Shown piece by piece: positions 47,448 to 60,138 of a stretch of DNA of 64,000 bases. The DNA is from Paraspadella gotoi. Taxonomy: Eukaryota; Animalia; Chaetognatha. Below the pieces are notes generated by a model. It worked only from the letters and a program-made list of their open reading frames with translations, was not told the origin of the DNA and did no database searches. Made by a program: the position numbers and the translations under genes. Where the stretch lies: NCBI GenBank assembly GCA_051294375.1, contig CM119271.1:15568770-15632769 (forward strand), read 5' to 3'. Numbering within the stretch: position 1 is the stretch's first letter; each line of letters begins with the position of its first letter.

Positions 47448-49758
47448 TTAAAGCTTGGTGCCGGCGACGTCTTTCGCTGGGACGTGGCGCTTGAGCTGGA
47501 CCGCGGGCGCGTCTTCATCGGAGCCGAATCGACCAGGACGAAAGCAACGACGGCAGCGACGAAAGACTCGATCGTGGTGACGACAAAAAATCCAAACTCC
47601 GACGCCGACGATGATGACGACGGGGACGACGAATAAGACGAAAGCCAAAGGCGCCAATTCGTCATCGATCGCCTGGATTTCCCCCAAAGCGACGGCGGTG
47701 CCGTGCTTGTTGCTGGCTTCGCACACAAGCAGGCCTTTCTCGTTCGACGCCGTCGGCAGCGAGAAATTCCATCCATTCGGGTCGGCGGAGCAGGCGAGCG
47801 CCGCGGAAAAGCTCGTCGACAAGTGCTTGTGGGACCAGGAGAAGTCGGCCGGCGGGTTGGCGTCGGCGGAGCAGGAGGCGAGGAATCGGTCGACGCAGCC
47901 GCTGCCGCCGCCACCGCCGCCACCGCCACCGCCGCGCTCAACGACATCGACGAAAGCGAAACGGGGCGCGAATTCAAATTGGATCCGACGCGCGGCAGAG
48001 ACGCCGAGGACGCCGGAGCAGCGGACCACGATGGAGGTCGGGGCGCGGACTGGTTCGTCAATGATTTCCACTTGGAATCTTTCGTCGTTTTCCTCGATCA
48101 ACTTCAATGGTTTCGGCAAATCGAAGATGACGGAGACACCGTGGGAGCAAACCGCTCGAAAGGGCCGTTGAGCCACGATTTTATTTCGGTCTGATGAAAA
48201 CAAAAATGTATAAACAAACTTACCTTTTTTTCTTTAAAGCAACAAGTTATAAATTAAGCGATGATGTGATTAATTAGGAGAACTACTTTTTCTCATAATG
48301 TCGCCCACCTGCTCGCCTATAAGCATATTTACCTTCGACGTTGAGAGTCGTCAGTATCAAATAGGTTGCGTTAGTGGATTGATTCCTGTCGGATCTGCTG
48401 GTGGAATTCATCGATTCTTCAACCACACCGACTTCCGCGACCGAATCATTGACGGCTGCATATTCGATGGTCTCATTCGCATCTTCTCTCACTTCATAGA
48501 TATATTCGAAGGTCGAATTGACCACTTCTTCCTTCACAGAATAATTGTATCCGAATATGTCATAGGTTGCTTCATCTACTTCAAAATAATAATCGAAGGC
48601 GTCCTCGGCTGGGACTCCAATCTTCTCGTCATCCGCTGTATCTCCCTTCTCATATTCAATCGATTGGACGGAAATGAGAAATTTGATCTTTGCTCCGTCG
48701 ACGAATCTCAACTCGTACAAACCCGAATCCATTTCGGTCGCGTTTCGCAAGAAAATGACGTGAGCGTTGGGTTCGGCGCCTCTCTCCACTTCCCAACCTT
48801 CGCACTCGCCGTTGGCGCAAACGAAGATTCCATCGTGCAAAACGAAATACATCATCTTCCTTTCATCGTACCATCGGACGACGAAGCTCTCGTGAATCGT
48901 CTTGAACGGAATCTCAACGTCGTAGCGGATTTGAGAGGGAATCTCGTTCTTCAAAGACAAAGAAGTCGCGTTTAAATACGCGTTGGCCGATAGAGAAGCA
49001 TTGGTCATAAGAGATGCATTGGACGCAAGAGATGCATTGGCCAAAAGCAATACATTGGCTGAAAGAGATGCATTGGCCACAAGCGATGCATTGGCCGATA
49101 GAGAAGCATTGGCCAATAGAGAAGCATTGGACGATAGAGAAGCATTGGCCGATAGAGAAGCATTGGCCAATAGAGAAGCATTGGCCAATAGAGAAGCATT
49201 GGCCAATAGAGAAGCATTGGCCGATAGAGAAGCATTGGCCGATAGAGATGCATTGGCAGATAGAGATGCATTGGCTGATAGAGATGCATTGGCAGATAGA
49301 GATGCATTCGCCGATAATGAAGCATTGGCCAATAATGAAGCATTGGCCAATAATGAAGCATTGGCTGCTAAAGAAGCATTGGCTGCTGAAAAAGCATTGG
49401 CTGCTGAAAAAGCATTGGCTGCTGAAAAAGCATTGGCCAATAAAGAAGCATTGGCCAATAAAGAAGCATTGGCCGATAAAGAAGCTTTGGCCAGTAAAGA
49501 ATCGTTGCGCACTTGAGCGGCGGCGGACGAGACAGAACCATTGGCGAAATCAGAAGCATTGACGAACGAAGATACGTCGTTCTTGACCGAAAGATCAATT
49601 TTATCGACGGAGAGAGTTTTGTTGTCGTTGAAATTCATCTCATTTCTTCCTTCGATTCGCGACTCAATTTCTTTCGATGCCTTTGCCAAATTTAGGCCAA
49701 AAATCAAGAGCAGCGCGAAGAGAACCGTCGCCGTCTTTGTCGGAGCTAAAAGGGTCAT
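47448..49758 (-). CDS. Type I membrane Ig-superfamily glycoprotein with N-glycosylation repeat stalk (2 exons)
   Basis: Signal peptide; (ANASL[LS])n; Ig-like motifs LRNATEMDSGLYEL, CSADANPPADFSW and LVCEASNKHG; TM LAFVLFVVPVVIIVGVGVWIFC; C-terminal GTKL. Phase-1 intron at ~48192-48332. Confidence 0.8.
48983..49500. repeat. Coding 18-bp minisatellite (GCATTGGCC[AG]ATAGAGAA)n
   Basis: Roughly 28 imperfect units encoding ANASLL/ANASLS on the minus strand. Confidence 0.95.
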
Positions 49759-50020
49759 CTTTTTGACGCTCGATTATTTTCTTTCAGAAAAAATGCTCTG
49801 CAAATGACGGAGAATAAAGAATAATGAAGAAAACGGTTTTGAGAAACTAGTTTATTAACAACGGTCTCAATTTTTATAAAAACTAGTACAACAGCAAGGA
49901 TTTTCCGTAATCTAAAATCTATAAACTATAATCTATAAACCTTCTTGAGGAACGGGACGGGGACAGAATAACAACAACAACTACTGAATTTCCTAAAAAT
50001 CAAAAACTCCCGCGCCCCAC

Positions 50021-52862
50021 TCATCGAGAGAGTTTGTCCAACTGTCCGGTCTTGAATAACGCGTGTTTGGTCTCGAATTCCGGGATCAACTTGGCCTTCA
50101 ACTTTCTCAACGCCTTCCCGTAAATCCTTCCCGAATCCAAGCATTTCTTTTTCTCCTCAAACTTTTCCCATTCGATCCAAACGTCGACGTTTTCGGCGCC
50201 AAATTCCTCGGCGGCGTCGGCGTGAATTTCCTTAGCGGCGTCGTCGGCGCCGGCCTCCGTCGCGACGCCGACGACGAAACGAAAATAGTCGATGGAATGA
50301 GGACGAAGTGTCTTTAGCCATCGATAGACCCGCATGAGTTCCTCGAAACCTCCTTTAGCGGCGGCGTGTCGAGCGTATTCCTCTTTAGCCAACGCCGAAG
50401 CCTCTCGTCCGGTTTGTCGGCAAGCGCGTCGGTAAACAGCGTCGACGGCGTCGTCGTCGGCCGTTGTTCGCGAGATCCAATCGAGATAAGTTTCCCAGAG
50501 ACGCCAAGAGTCTCGTTCCTTGATATTGGCGACGGCGTCTTTGAGAGTCTTCTCTACTTGAGCGGCGTCGCCCCAAGAGGCTTCGTTGATCTTTCTCTCG
50601 AGCAGTTCGGACCAAAGCGGCGCCGAAGAGGGAAATCTCTTCAAACTCCTCCTCAACACAGGCTCCACTTCCTCCTCCCCCTCTTCGGCGTTTCTCAAGA
50701 TCTTCACCCACCGCAGCCGAAGTTCATCGTCGAGAGAGTCTTCCGCTTCTCCGTCTTTCAAAGTCTTCAAGACAAACTCTTCCCGTCCGCGCCGCAACGA
50801 CGGTTCCCCCCCGCCGCCTTCAAGTCTCTCTACGGCGAAGTCGACGACTAAGCGCCGCATCTCGGCGTTGCCGGGCAGCGCCGACAGCGCCTCCTCGTAG
50901 ACGCGGCGAGCAGCCGATTCGCGATCTTCCACGCTGGTGACGCGACGCCTCTCGACGTCGATAGCGTCCTCGCCGCCGGGGACGGAGACTGGAGGCGGCG
51001 CCGGGGCGTCGGCGGCGGAATATGCCTTCCTGGCCATAGCGTCCCACGCCCTCGGTTCGCCAGAGTGACGATTCCTCAACTCCTCAAAGACCCAACGCTC
51101 GAGGGCGGGGAGGACGGTGCGGAAAGCGACGGCGACGTCGAGGAAGGCGAAGAGGAGGTCGACGTCTTCGGGGCGATCCTCGATCCCGCGGCGGAACACA
51201 ACCTCGATGGAGAAAAGAGAAGGTGGGAAAGACAATTAGTTTTCTATAAACTTTTTATGTAATTATACTCAAAACGAAATAAACTCTCTCACCTCGACAA
51301 TTTTCCCGCTCAACACGGGATCCTTCTCGAACTTGGCGATTTCCTCCTCCTCTTCTTCCCCATCCCTCCGCAACCCCCTCATCCTCGTCCTCATTTTCTC
51401 CATGTGGATGAGCTCCATCCGTAGATACTCCTTCCAGAGGCTCGTCGACTCTGACAGAAATCTCAACCCGCGCTGCAGCAAGCCGCGCGCTGTCTCCGGG
51501 TCTGCGTTCTCCTCCAGCTCCCACTGGGCGGCCATGATCCAGATCGAAGGGTCAAGGTTGTGGATGGCCAGCATGTCGGAGAAGGCGCGGCTCACCTGGG
51601 AAAAGAGATTGGTCGGGAATTGTAATTTTTTAATTATAAATAAGTTATTATGTCTATCTTATGCCTATGCATTCTTCTCTTCAGGATACAAACCAATCCT
51701 AACTTTAAAAGAGATCAAATTTTGATTCAAAGGAAAATGAAAGTTTTTTATTCTAATTTGCATATAGTCGTGTTTGTGGAAAACTATGCCGCGAGCAGTT
51801 CGCCGTCCGTTGCACACAAGGTCCCGAACTTCGGATCGGGCTGTAGTCCGTCACTACAGGTGGGTTAGACGCCCCGTCCCGCTTTTACTTGTGTGAATCA
51901 GCAGGGCGCGAACCCGAGTGCTTTGGGTTGGGAGGGGCTCGTGCTACCTCCGGCGCTATAGGTGCCTCGGACGAGTATCGGGTTATGAAATACTACCGCT
52001 ACATGTTGATATTAAATTGACATAAATTTCGAACCAGTGTCATATCACGAAGTTCACTGATTAAAGTTTATGACATTAATTATTATTATTTTAATTGATT
52101 CTGATAGAGCTCAAAAAGTTAAGCAAAAAATGTAATTACAACTTTTTAAAATTTTGATGTTTTATTACTGAAAATGAGCAAAAACTACTAAAAACATCGG
52201 ATGATGATGAAGATGATGAGAATTTTTTAAGGTTTTCCCCAAATTTGACACACTTATCATCAAAATATTAAAAAAAAAAATTATACTTCGTGTAAAATTT
52301 GATTTGAGAAGGTTCCCAAATCAAACTTCTGACCCACCCCATTGACAAAGATTGGCCCTACTTATGTACTTTTAATCTTAGCCAAAAATTAGATTTAAAA
52401 TAAGTCCTCACCATAGCTCTATTCCTCTTCTCTTTGCAAAATTGGATGTAAGTGAACCAAAGCCCAACGTCCCCCTGGAACCGCTTCAACGCGGCGCGGA
52501 AGAGAGAGTGGACTCGATTCAAGATGGCGTGATCGATCTCCTTCAACCGAAAGGCGTAGCCAGTCTTCTCGCGTCTTTTCCTAAGCAGCGCCAACAGCGC
52601 TGATTCGTACCGGATGTAGTTGAGGTAGTCGTCCTTTTAAAGGGGTGGGCGTGGGGATGAGTGTAATATTGATAATAATTAAGTTTAAAAAATAATAAGC
52701 AAACCTTACTTTGGACTTGGTCTGTCTGTGAACGCGATACTCGTAACTTTTTCTCTTTTTGACGATGGCCGACGTCTCAGTCTGGGAAAAAAGTCCGCAA
52801 TGCACCATTTGCTCGAGTTCCTCCACTTGTCTCTCCAGTTGAAACTGGACGCCTTCCGCCAT
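50021..52862 (-). CDS. UTP6: U3 small nucleolar RNA-associated protein 6 (HAT repeats)
   Basis: MAEGVQFQLERQVEELEQM...GLFS..E...IVKKRKSYEYRV; DYLNYIRYE..LL.LL.KRR; RF.GDV.LW..YI.F; IWIMAAQWE...ARGLLQRGLRF...LWKEY.RMEL. Confidence 0.9.
51789..51970 (-). mobile_element. tRNA-derived SINE, copy 2 (UTP6 intron)
   Basis: Minus strand TAGCGCCGGAGG (A box), CCTCCCAACCC, GGTTCGCGCCC (B-box-like), then body shared with 33028-33175. Confidence 0.65.
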
Positions 52863-53673
52863 GGCGATTCACTTTTAACTGCTTAGAAAATCACTCGCTA
52901 ATGATATGTTATCGCAAGGAGTTTTTTTTTTCGGAAAAGATACTAAACTTTCAAAAGGAATAATTCAACAAAAATTCATTACAAATTTTGTCAGATAGTT
53001 TACTCGTTTTTTCGGTGACCAATGTAGTAAAATAAACGTGAAAACGTGAAAATAAGTTTTCTGACTAGTTTTTTAACTGATTTATCACGGAACAACAAAT
53101 CTTTTGTTGAATTTATTCTTGAAAGCGAACAAGACGAATCTTTCAAAAAAAGTAACGTCAAGAAGTATATAAAAAAAGAAACGGTACAGACTGATAATAG
53201 TACCAAGACAGAGTTACTATGATCACTTCATTTAAGGTCCACACATTTTTGTATCTATAGAAACTGACAATAGGTAACAAAATCACCAAGGGAGATATTC
53301 ACGACAGAAGAACCCTTTTGCAAATAACGAGCATTTAGATAATTAAAAATACCTTGACTTGAACATTAAAAATGTAACAAGTCATGAAATTGTAAGCAAT
53401 CTTTTTTTTTAACTGTACGTCTACCGACTAGCAGGATATTTTTAAAACGTAATGATTTATAATAACTTTCCAGCTTCATTGACAGCAATTTAGATATTTT
53501 TATTTTTCAAAAAAGCACCATTTATCTTGTTTTTACCTCTGAAAGATAGCTAATAGGCTTTGCACCCTCTATAAAGACATTCTATCGTATAATGTAAAAA
53601 AATTACATGGGATACTAAAAGTCGAGCACCAAAAAAATTGATATTTGTTCATTCAGCAAAAAGCACGTATTTT

Positions 53674-53905
53674 TGTAGCGGATTAATTTGTGAATAATCT
53701 GAAATGAGATTGAGTTCCTCAATCTCATTTGCATATTGTCGTATTCTGAGTAAGCTTTGATAAATTTTTGTTCTAATGCCTTAAAGGTTCAATATTAATA
53801 TTTTACATTAGTAAATGATCATGTTTATTTGTGGTTCAATTAATAGCGAGATAATTAATGATTTAATTATCATAATTGCTAGTTTACAACTTTAATTATT
53901 CTTAC
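53674..53905 (+). mobile_element. Hairpin/octamer-family repeat, 3'-truncated copy
   Basis: Closely similar to 21631-21860. Confidence 0.75.
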
Positions 53906-55913
53906 CATAAAAATATTTTTGCAATAAAAATGGTGTTTTTCTGGAAAAAAAACTTTTTGACATGATCAACTCGGTTCTAATAAAGATTCAAGTTTTGTAA
54001 ACAATTCATTTTCCAATAAATCACAAACCTAGACGATACTTAGTTCAGCGGCTTGCAATATTCAACGGCTGCCCGATGTATAAATTTTTTTTTAAAAAAA
54101 TATATCTTTTACGGAAAAGTGTCGCAAAGTGAGCGATTAAAAACAGTAAAACCTGTTTTCATTGTTTTAACTTAAAATCTATTTATAACGAAGATAGTTT
54201 TTTCTGTTATATTTGCGAAACACGTCAAAGGTCAAGTGAATTTCAAGGCATTAAAGGCAGTGAACGATGTAAAAACTGGTTCCCGCACACATGACCAAGA
54301 AAAAAGAATTTCGCCAATCTTAAGACGAAAACGAAAGCTGCAAAGGAGAAAAAAATAATTGGGAAAACTTAAAAAGTTTATCTACAAAGCTTTGAATAAA
54401 ATTTAGACAGGAGCGACTGTAGTCGTAAGTATTTGCACAATGGCCATAAGATTAAACAAAAAAGTGCAGCTGCTATTTGCAAAGGTTTTGCACAGAGGAT
54501 CACAAAAACTCGAATAAAGGGGAAAGGGAGAAAAAGGAAAAACTAAAGAGAGACAGCAAAAAGACAACTGTGATTTATTTTCAAAATTTGTGTAAAGAAT
54601 AATATAGTTAGCACAAAAACGAGTGACTGAATGATTGATTTACTCCATGATTACATTTCGTATCACAGTTATAGAAGCATTGCAATGTGTACTCTTAAAA
54701 TAACAACAGCATAGGTTTTTTTTAAAAACTTGTATAAAAAAAATTTACAACTATATATCGGCATCTTATTGTGGCGGTTTTTTAACAACGTGGTTCCGAG
54801 TGAGCAAATAAACAGCCCGGTTATCATTGAAACTCTACCAGCAGCAAATTTTGTAAGCTCAATAGAATAAAAAATTCTAGCAGTGTTTAGATTCAGGGAT
54901 CTTGATTTCATAAACAATTCGAATTATAATAAAATGTAAATTTGTCGACTTATATATTAGAAAGAGACGTCAAATTGGGGTCCATGTGTTTCTGTGTTTG
55001 CTAAAGCGGGAGCAAACCGTTTCAGCAAAAGTGAACAGACCCTCTCCATTCTCCAATATACTTTGTTCAAAGAACAAATCAAGCGTGACCCGCTGAATAA
55101 AAAAGGCGTTATCAGTTAGCCTGCTCATGCAATCCAAAAGCAGTCGATTGGAGAAACAAATAACAAATACTGCACTTGCACCATAATTTGACACCTCTCA
55201 ATCTAAAACAAAACGTTCAGCTTAAATTAATCTAAAAAGTTTATAATAAAATATTTAAAGCGCTCTGGCACAAACTAGCCTATTTATATATATAAATATA
55301 TATATATATATATGGAATCACGTGATAGTTGGTGATTTCAGTATCCCTGAAAGAAAACAGTGATTTTTCATATGGAGTATTCGTGCAAAATCGAAGCCGG
55401 CAATAAATATTACGAAAATAATATTTTATTTTTGAATGATCTGGATTTTGGATCTAAGAAGAAAGCTGACTGGATACGTAGAACAATTATGCTCGGAAAA
55501 GGATGAGGGAAAGGTTTCGGCATCTTAGGCAAGAACCTCTTGAGAAAGAAAAATTAATCTGTCCGTAATGGTTAATTGATAAGATTTACACCATTAAAAA
55601 CCGGTTGAAAATATGAAAATAACAAATTTTGATTCAGAGCAAAAGGCATAAGTACTTTTTTATAACATTATTTCCCTCTCTTTAAAAGAAAAAAATCTAC
55701 AAAGTTAAAAAAAAAATGCTTGGACATAAAACTTGTACAAAAACTTCTAACAGTTAACTCTAAAAAAGTAGAACCTACGAAATTATAAAAGTTCTAAAAC
55801 TATATGACTAGATGATAGTTCATATTTTAAAAAAAATTATCGAAAGTAGATTTTATTCTGCATCTGAACGTCCGATAAATCATGTATTCATGTCATGTTG
55901 AGCTAAGGATGTA

Positions 55914-57757
55914 TCATTGAGTTTTCTGCGCCCATTTCATGTCATCGGATCGAGGAATTTCTTTCGTCACAAATGTTATCAATTCTTCAAACGTTCTCCA
56001 AAATCCCAATTTCTCCAACGGCCAATTGAGCCAACCTTTACATAAACAATTATATTTGCAGGTCAGCATAATCAAATTAATTTAAAGCTATTTTTTTTTA
56101 AAAGTTCACCTGTTGTGATACAAAAGTACGTCTCATGAGGAGAAACGTGGTGAATCCGGTGATGACGTCGCGGCAGAATGATGTGAAAGTCCTGTAGTTT
56201 CGTTACCCACCAAGGAAGGCCAAAATAAGTATGGGACCACTTGTGAATCTGACGATCAAATAATTTGTTTATTACGCGAAATTCCCAGCCGAAAGACCAA
56301 ATAAAAACTTTACCTGATTAGTTAATAGAACAAAAATAGCTAAAAAATAGATGTAGCATTCCCAGTTTAATGAGGCGAGGGATTCGGATGTTACAAAAAA
56401 TCTGTTACAACAAAATTAATCAAATATTTATAACCAAAACGCACATAATTGAAACTTTTTAATATATTTGGGACTTATACATGTTAGTCTCCACCGAATA
56501 TGTCATATCACCTATAAGCTTGGAGTGAAAGATGAGGTATGCATAATGCAAAGTTATCGCCGTTTGTCTCGATGAAATCGTGGCGAGTAATCGACGTCGG
56601 GTCGATGTGGTGTTCTCGAAATGGACGAATTAGCGCTTTCCCTATGGAGATGGGGACGGAGGAAGAAGGGGGGAAGAGGAAGAAGGGGGGAAGAGGAAGA
56701 GGGGGAGAGAGATTTTTTATTAATCTAGTTTTTATGTTCATGAATCAAGATTAATCTTACCAACAATGGGTAATTCTACGGAGCCCCAAGTGTCGGCTCC
56801 CCAATGAACAATCCCCGAGGCGAAGTCGGCCGTCAAGACGCCGAGAAGACAGGCGACGGCAATTGGAAAAATCCTAATAAAGTCATGACATGACAATAAC
56901 GAGTATTGCTAAAATAATAAAATAAGACTTCTATAGTATTAAAATAGATGAGAAATTATCTAAACTGCTACAATATGCAAATGAGATTGAAGAACACAAT
57001 TTCATTTAAAATGAACCACAAATTACTCTGCTACATAACTTACTACAGTCATTTCACTTTTATTTAGGTCCTCAACTTTAAAAAAAAAAGATTGACTCCC
57101 CCAGTCTCCATCCCTCACAAGCAGCTTTGTCATTCTCGCAATCAGACAAACCTTGAGCTTAGATCTTCAAGAGTAAAGAGTTGGGTAAAAAGGGCGACGC
57201 CGTTAACGACGATGAGCGCCGTGCAGACGACGACGGACACCGTCTCTTGCACCCGTTTCTGCATAGTGTAGCCCGATGCGAGGATCTGGGCACCAGCGTG
57301 CTGCGGGCCCCAACGAGGCACCTGGTGAGGAAGGAGAAAATTGAATCAATTCGTGGTCACTGGTCGGGTGAGGGGGAAGAGTGAAACTCAATCGATCACC
57401 GACTAATCTGTATTTTCAGCTAGAAAATGAAAATAAATTAATGATGATTAATGGTTATTTTAACTTGCACACCAGGATGATTGTGCCACCAAAAACAATT
57501 TTTGTTGTATTTAAATAAAAACCTTTCCATTCCACATTTCAGTGTTACGAAGATGATAATGACTATCATTTTTTCTAAATAGGAAAACCGAGAAAATCCT
57601 TATAATTAGTTTTCGAAAGAAAGATAAAAAAAGATAAGGTACCCCCCCCCGATAAACGGACCTTTTCCGTGGCATTCTTATCGCTGAAGGCATTTCCGTT
57701 GGGATCGTCTTCGCTCATCGATCTCTCGATGATTTCGTCCGCGTTGAGGGTCGACAT
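55914..57757 (-). CDS. PEDS1: Plasmanylethanolamine desaturase (TMEM189/Kua)
   Basis: [15 protein letters not shown]; [18 protein letters not shown]; [24 protein letters not shown]; [15 protein letters not shown]; [21 protein letters not shown]; ends [10 protein letters not shown]. Confidence 0.95.
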
Positions 57758-58514
57758 CGTCGAGGCTGTGGTGGAGGTGGAGTGGGTGGCAAAAGGGGGA
57801 GTGGCAACGAGTTGAAAATTGGGAGCTTTTTCAGAACTAAACGAATCTAAAGTTAATTCGTTTTGTCAGAAAAAGAATTAGCTACGAGATGATTAAAACT
57901 CGTTGCTCCGTTCAAACTCAATAATATCAAAAACTTCAGAAGCTTAAGAGTTGAGAGAAAAGCCCGGCATGGAGCAAAAAAAAGCTAGCGATAACGACAT
58001 AACGGCATACCACAACAATGCAGCAAAATACGGCAAAGCCATTTAGAGACAAGCAGACAAACAAAAAGTAATGGGTACATTTGTAAGTTTCGGTGAAGTG
58101 CAGCATTTTAATGAGGTTAACCGGTGAATTTAAAAAAAAACTATTTCTTAACCTTCGAATACCGTCGCCATCCTCTACAGGAATATGCCGAAAGCAATAC
58201 AGTAATACTAATTTTTAGAATTTTTCTATCGTACATGAAAATCAGATGAAGAAAAAATGTACTAATTTAAAAAACTTACTTGTCAAAAAAAAGGGTTAAG
58301 GAATGGACGATTTATTCAATACTGGCTGAGTAACATGGCTCCTTGTGTTTTATTGTTATAAGTTTGTATATCGTGGCGGATCTTACTGGAAAAGCTTCAT
58401 AACTGAAATATAATAACCATTTATAAAATAAATAGGAGAAAGAACTCGGATTAAAAAATAAATTACAATTTTTAATTCCTTTATGGAATATTAATTCTAT
58501 ATCGGTTATATCGA

Positions 58515-59105
58515 CTAGCGCGAACAAAAGGGCATTTCGTGGCGAGGCGGACCGATATGAGAATCCGTGGTTGGAAAAGATGTCGGAACAAGACCACCAC
58601 AGCCTTTGATGTTACTGTCACCTCTCCCCTTCGCCAGGACTGTTTTGGTCATACCATCCTCAACCCCCACCAATGCCTGGAACGAGCTCGCCAGGCCAAA
58701 CATGCTAAGTACGAAGGCAAACTGCCGGTCGACGTTGGCTTCATCCCTCTGGTTGTTACTACCTTCGGGCATGGGACCTGGATGCTTTCTCAAACTTAAA
58801 AGATTTCGCCAAACTCCAAGCAACGAATGCAGGCTTAGATATCGGCAAAACGTCTAAGCACTTTTTTGAGAGACTTTGTCTGCCTTCAGTGTGAGAACGG
58901 GGACCTGCTCGCTTCCCGAAGTCCCGTGATTGAGTTGCCGTCTCATGTGACGGAGTTGCTTGACTTTGTCTCCGATCTCTTCTTCTTTTTCATTTTTATC
59001 TTCCCCTTATTTGTTCTCGTTTATTGTTGACATAAGATATTTTTGCAACCATTCCCGCAATTATTTGTTTGCTCTGTTTTCTTTCAGAAAAAAAAAAAAA
59101 AAAAA
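58515..59105 (+). mobile_element. 5'-truncated non-LTR retrotransposon fragment, restriction-like endonuclease end (CRE/NeSL/R2 group)
   Basis: RRTDMRI...AFDVTVTSPL...A...KHAKYE...FIPLVVTTFG.G.W fits the (P)D..D...K..KY REL signature; followed by a T-rich tail and poly(A) at ~59087-59105. Confidence 0.7.
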
Positions 59106-59145
59106 GATAAAAAATCCCTCTTGTTGGGATCCTTCGTTTGCGTTT

Positions 59146-59886
59146 TCATTCTCGAGATTTCTTAATAATTAGAATCCAAACGGAAACAATTTGATGATGC
59201 GACTTGGCGAGTTCGTCCAAACTAATTCCTTCCTTTTCGTGACTCGATGATCGAAATTCCTCCCACGAAATCTCGTCCACGCACTCGAGTCCGTATTTTT
59301 GAAGGAGAGCGCGGATAGACTTTCCCGCGCTTCGCTCTTGATAAGTCATCCAGAGTTCGGTCTCGGGATTGACGCCGTCGGAGGTGCCATCCGCGGCGCC
59401 GCCGGCGCCGTCTCTTTTCTCGAACAAATAGGCGATGGTGGCGACAATGTCCTCGAATCTTTCCGAATCGTAGAAACAGTCTGAGGCGAGGATGAGATGG
59501 GGGCGTGGGAGGGCGATGAGTTCCGGACCGTAGAGACCCCACGTGACGTCGATTGTCCGGACGTCGGTCAGTCCGTTTAGACGGGCGTTGCTGAGCGCCA
59601 GGCGCGCCGCCGCCGGATGAAAGATCACGCTATCGGCGAGGGTCAACGAGGCGGCGCCGCATCGAGCGGCGAGGATGCCGGGCAGCGCTGGACCGGCGCC
59701 GATCTCCAAGACGCGACGACCGCTGACGGCGTCGCGACGGCGCCAAAGGAAGCTGGCCAAAACCGGCGCCGAGATCCAGGCGTAGCATCCAAAGCCGAGA
59801 TGAGCGTCGTTTAAAGATTCGGAAATGGCGACGGTCATGGGAGGCCGATCGTCGACGAAGGGAAAGCGAAACTGTTTTGAACTCAT
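59146..59886 (-). CDS. METTL23: Methyltransferase-like protein 23 (seven-beta-strand MTase), intronless
   Basis: FGCYAWISAPVLASFLW, VLEIGAGPALPGILAARCGA, VTWG, ILASDCFYD..FEDIVAT, TYQERS. First ATG is at 59886. Confidence 0.9.
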   Translation of the reverse strand: MSSKQFRFPFVDDRPPMTVAISESLNDAHLGFGCYAWISAPVLASFLWRRRDAVSGRRVLEIGAGPALPGILAARCGAASLTLADSVIFHPAAARLALSNARLNGLTDVRTIDVTWGLYGPELIALPRPHLILASDCFYDSERFEDIVATIAYLFEKRDGAGGAADGTSDGVNPETELWMTYQERSAGKSIRALLQKYGLECVDEISWEEFRSSSHEKEGISLDELAKSHHQIVSVWILIIKKSRE

Positions 59887-60138
59887 TTCAAAAAAATGAG
59901 ACAAAAGGAGAAATAATGGAAGAGGTTGGGAGGGGAATGGAGCTGAATGGAGCTGAATGGAGCTGAATGGAGCAGAATAAAGAAGAATGGAACAGTTTAG
60001 AACGGAATAGGATTAAAGTACTATCGAGCAGGATGAAGAATCCTCTAGGAGAAAGGAGCGAGATAAAGAGGGGTGGGAAAGAAGAGTAGAATTGGAGCAA
60101 AATAGAGAAGGAGCTCGCGTCACTTCTGGCATGAAGGT

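Noticed and set aside
48983-49562. Plus-strand ORFs (ALANRE)n and (HWPIEK)n as separate genes
   Set aside because: They are stop-free frames of the 18-bp repeat. The minus frame has a signal peptide and continues into Ig-like domains.
54200-55250. Possible decayed pogo/Tigger-type transposase
   Set aside because: Only vague peptide resemblance; no continuous frame or TIRs found by eye.
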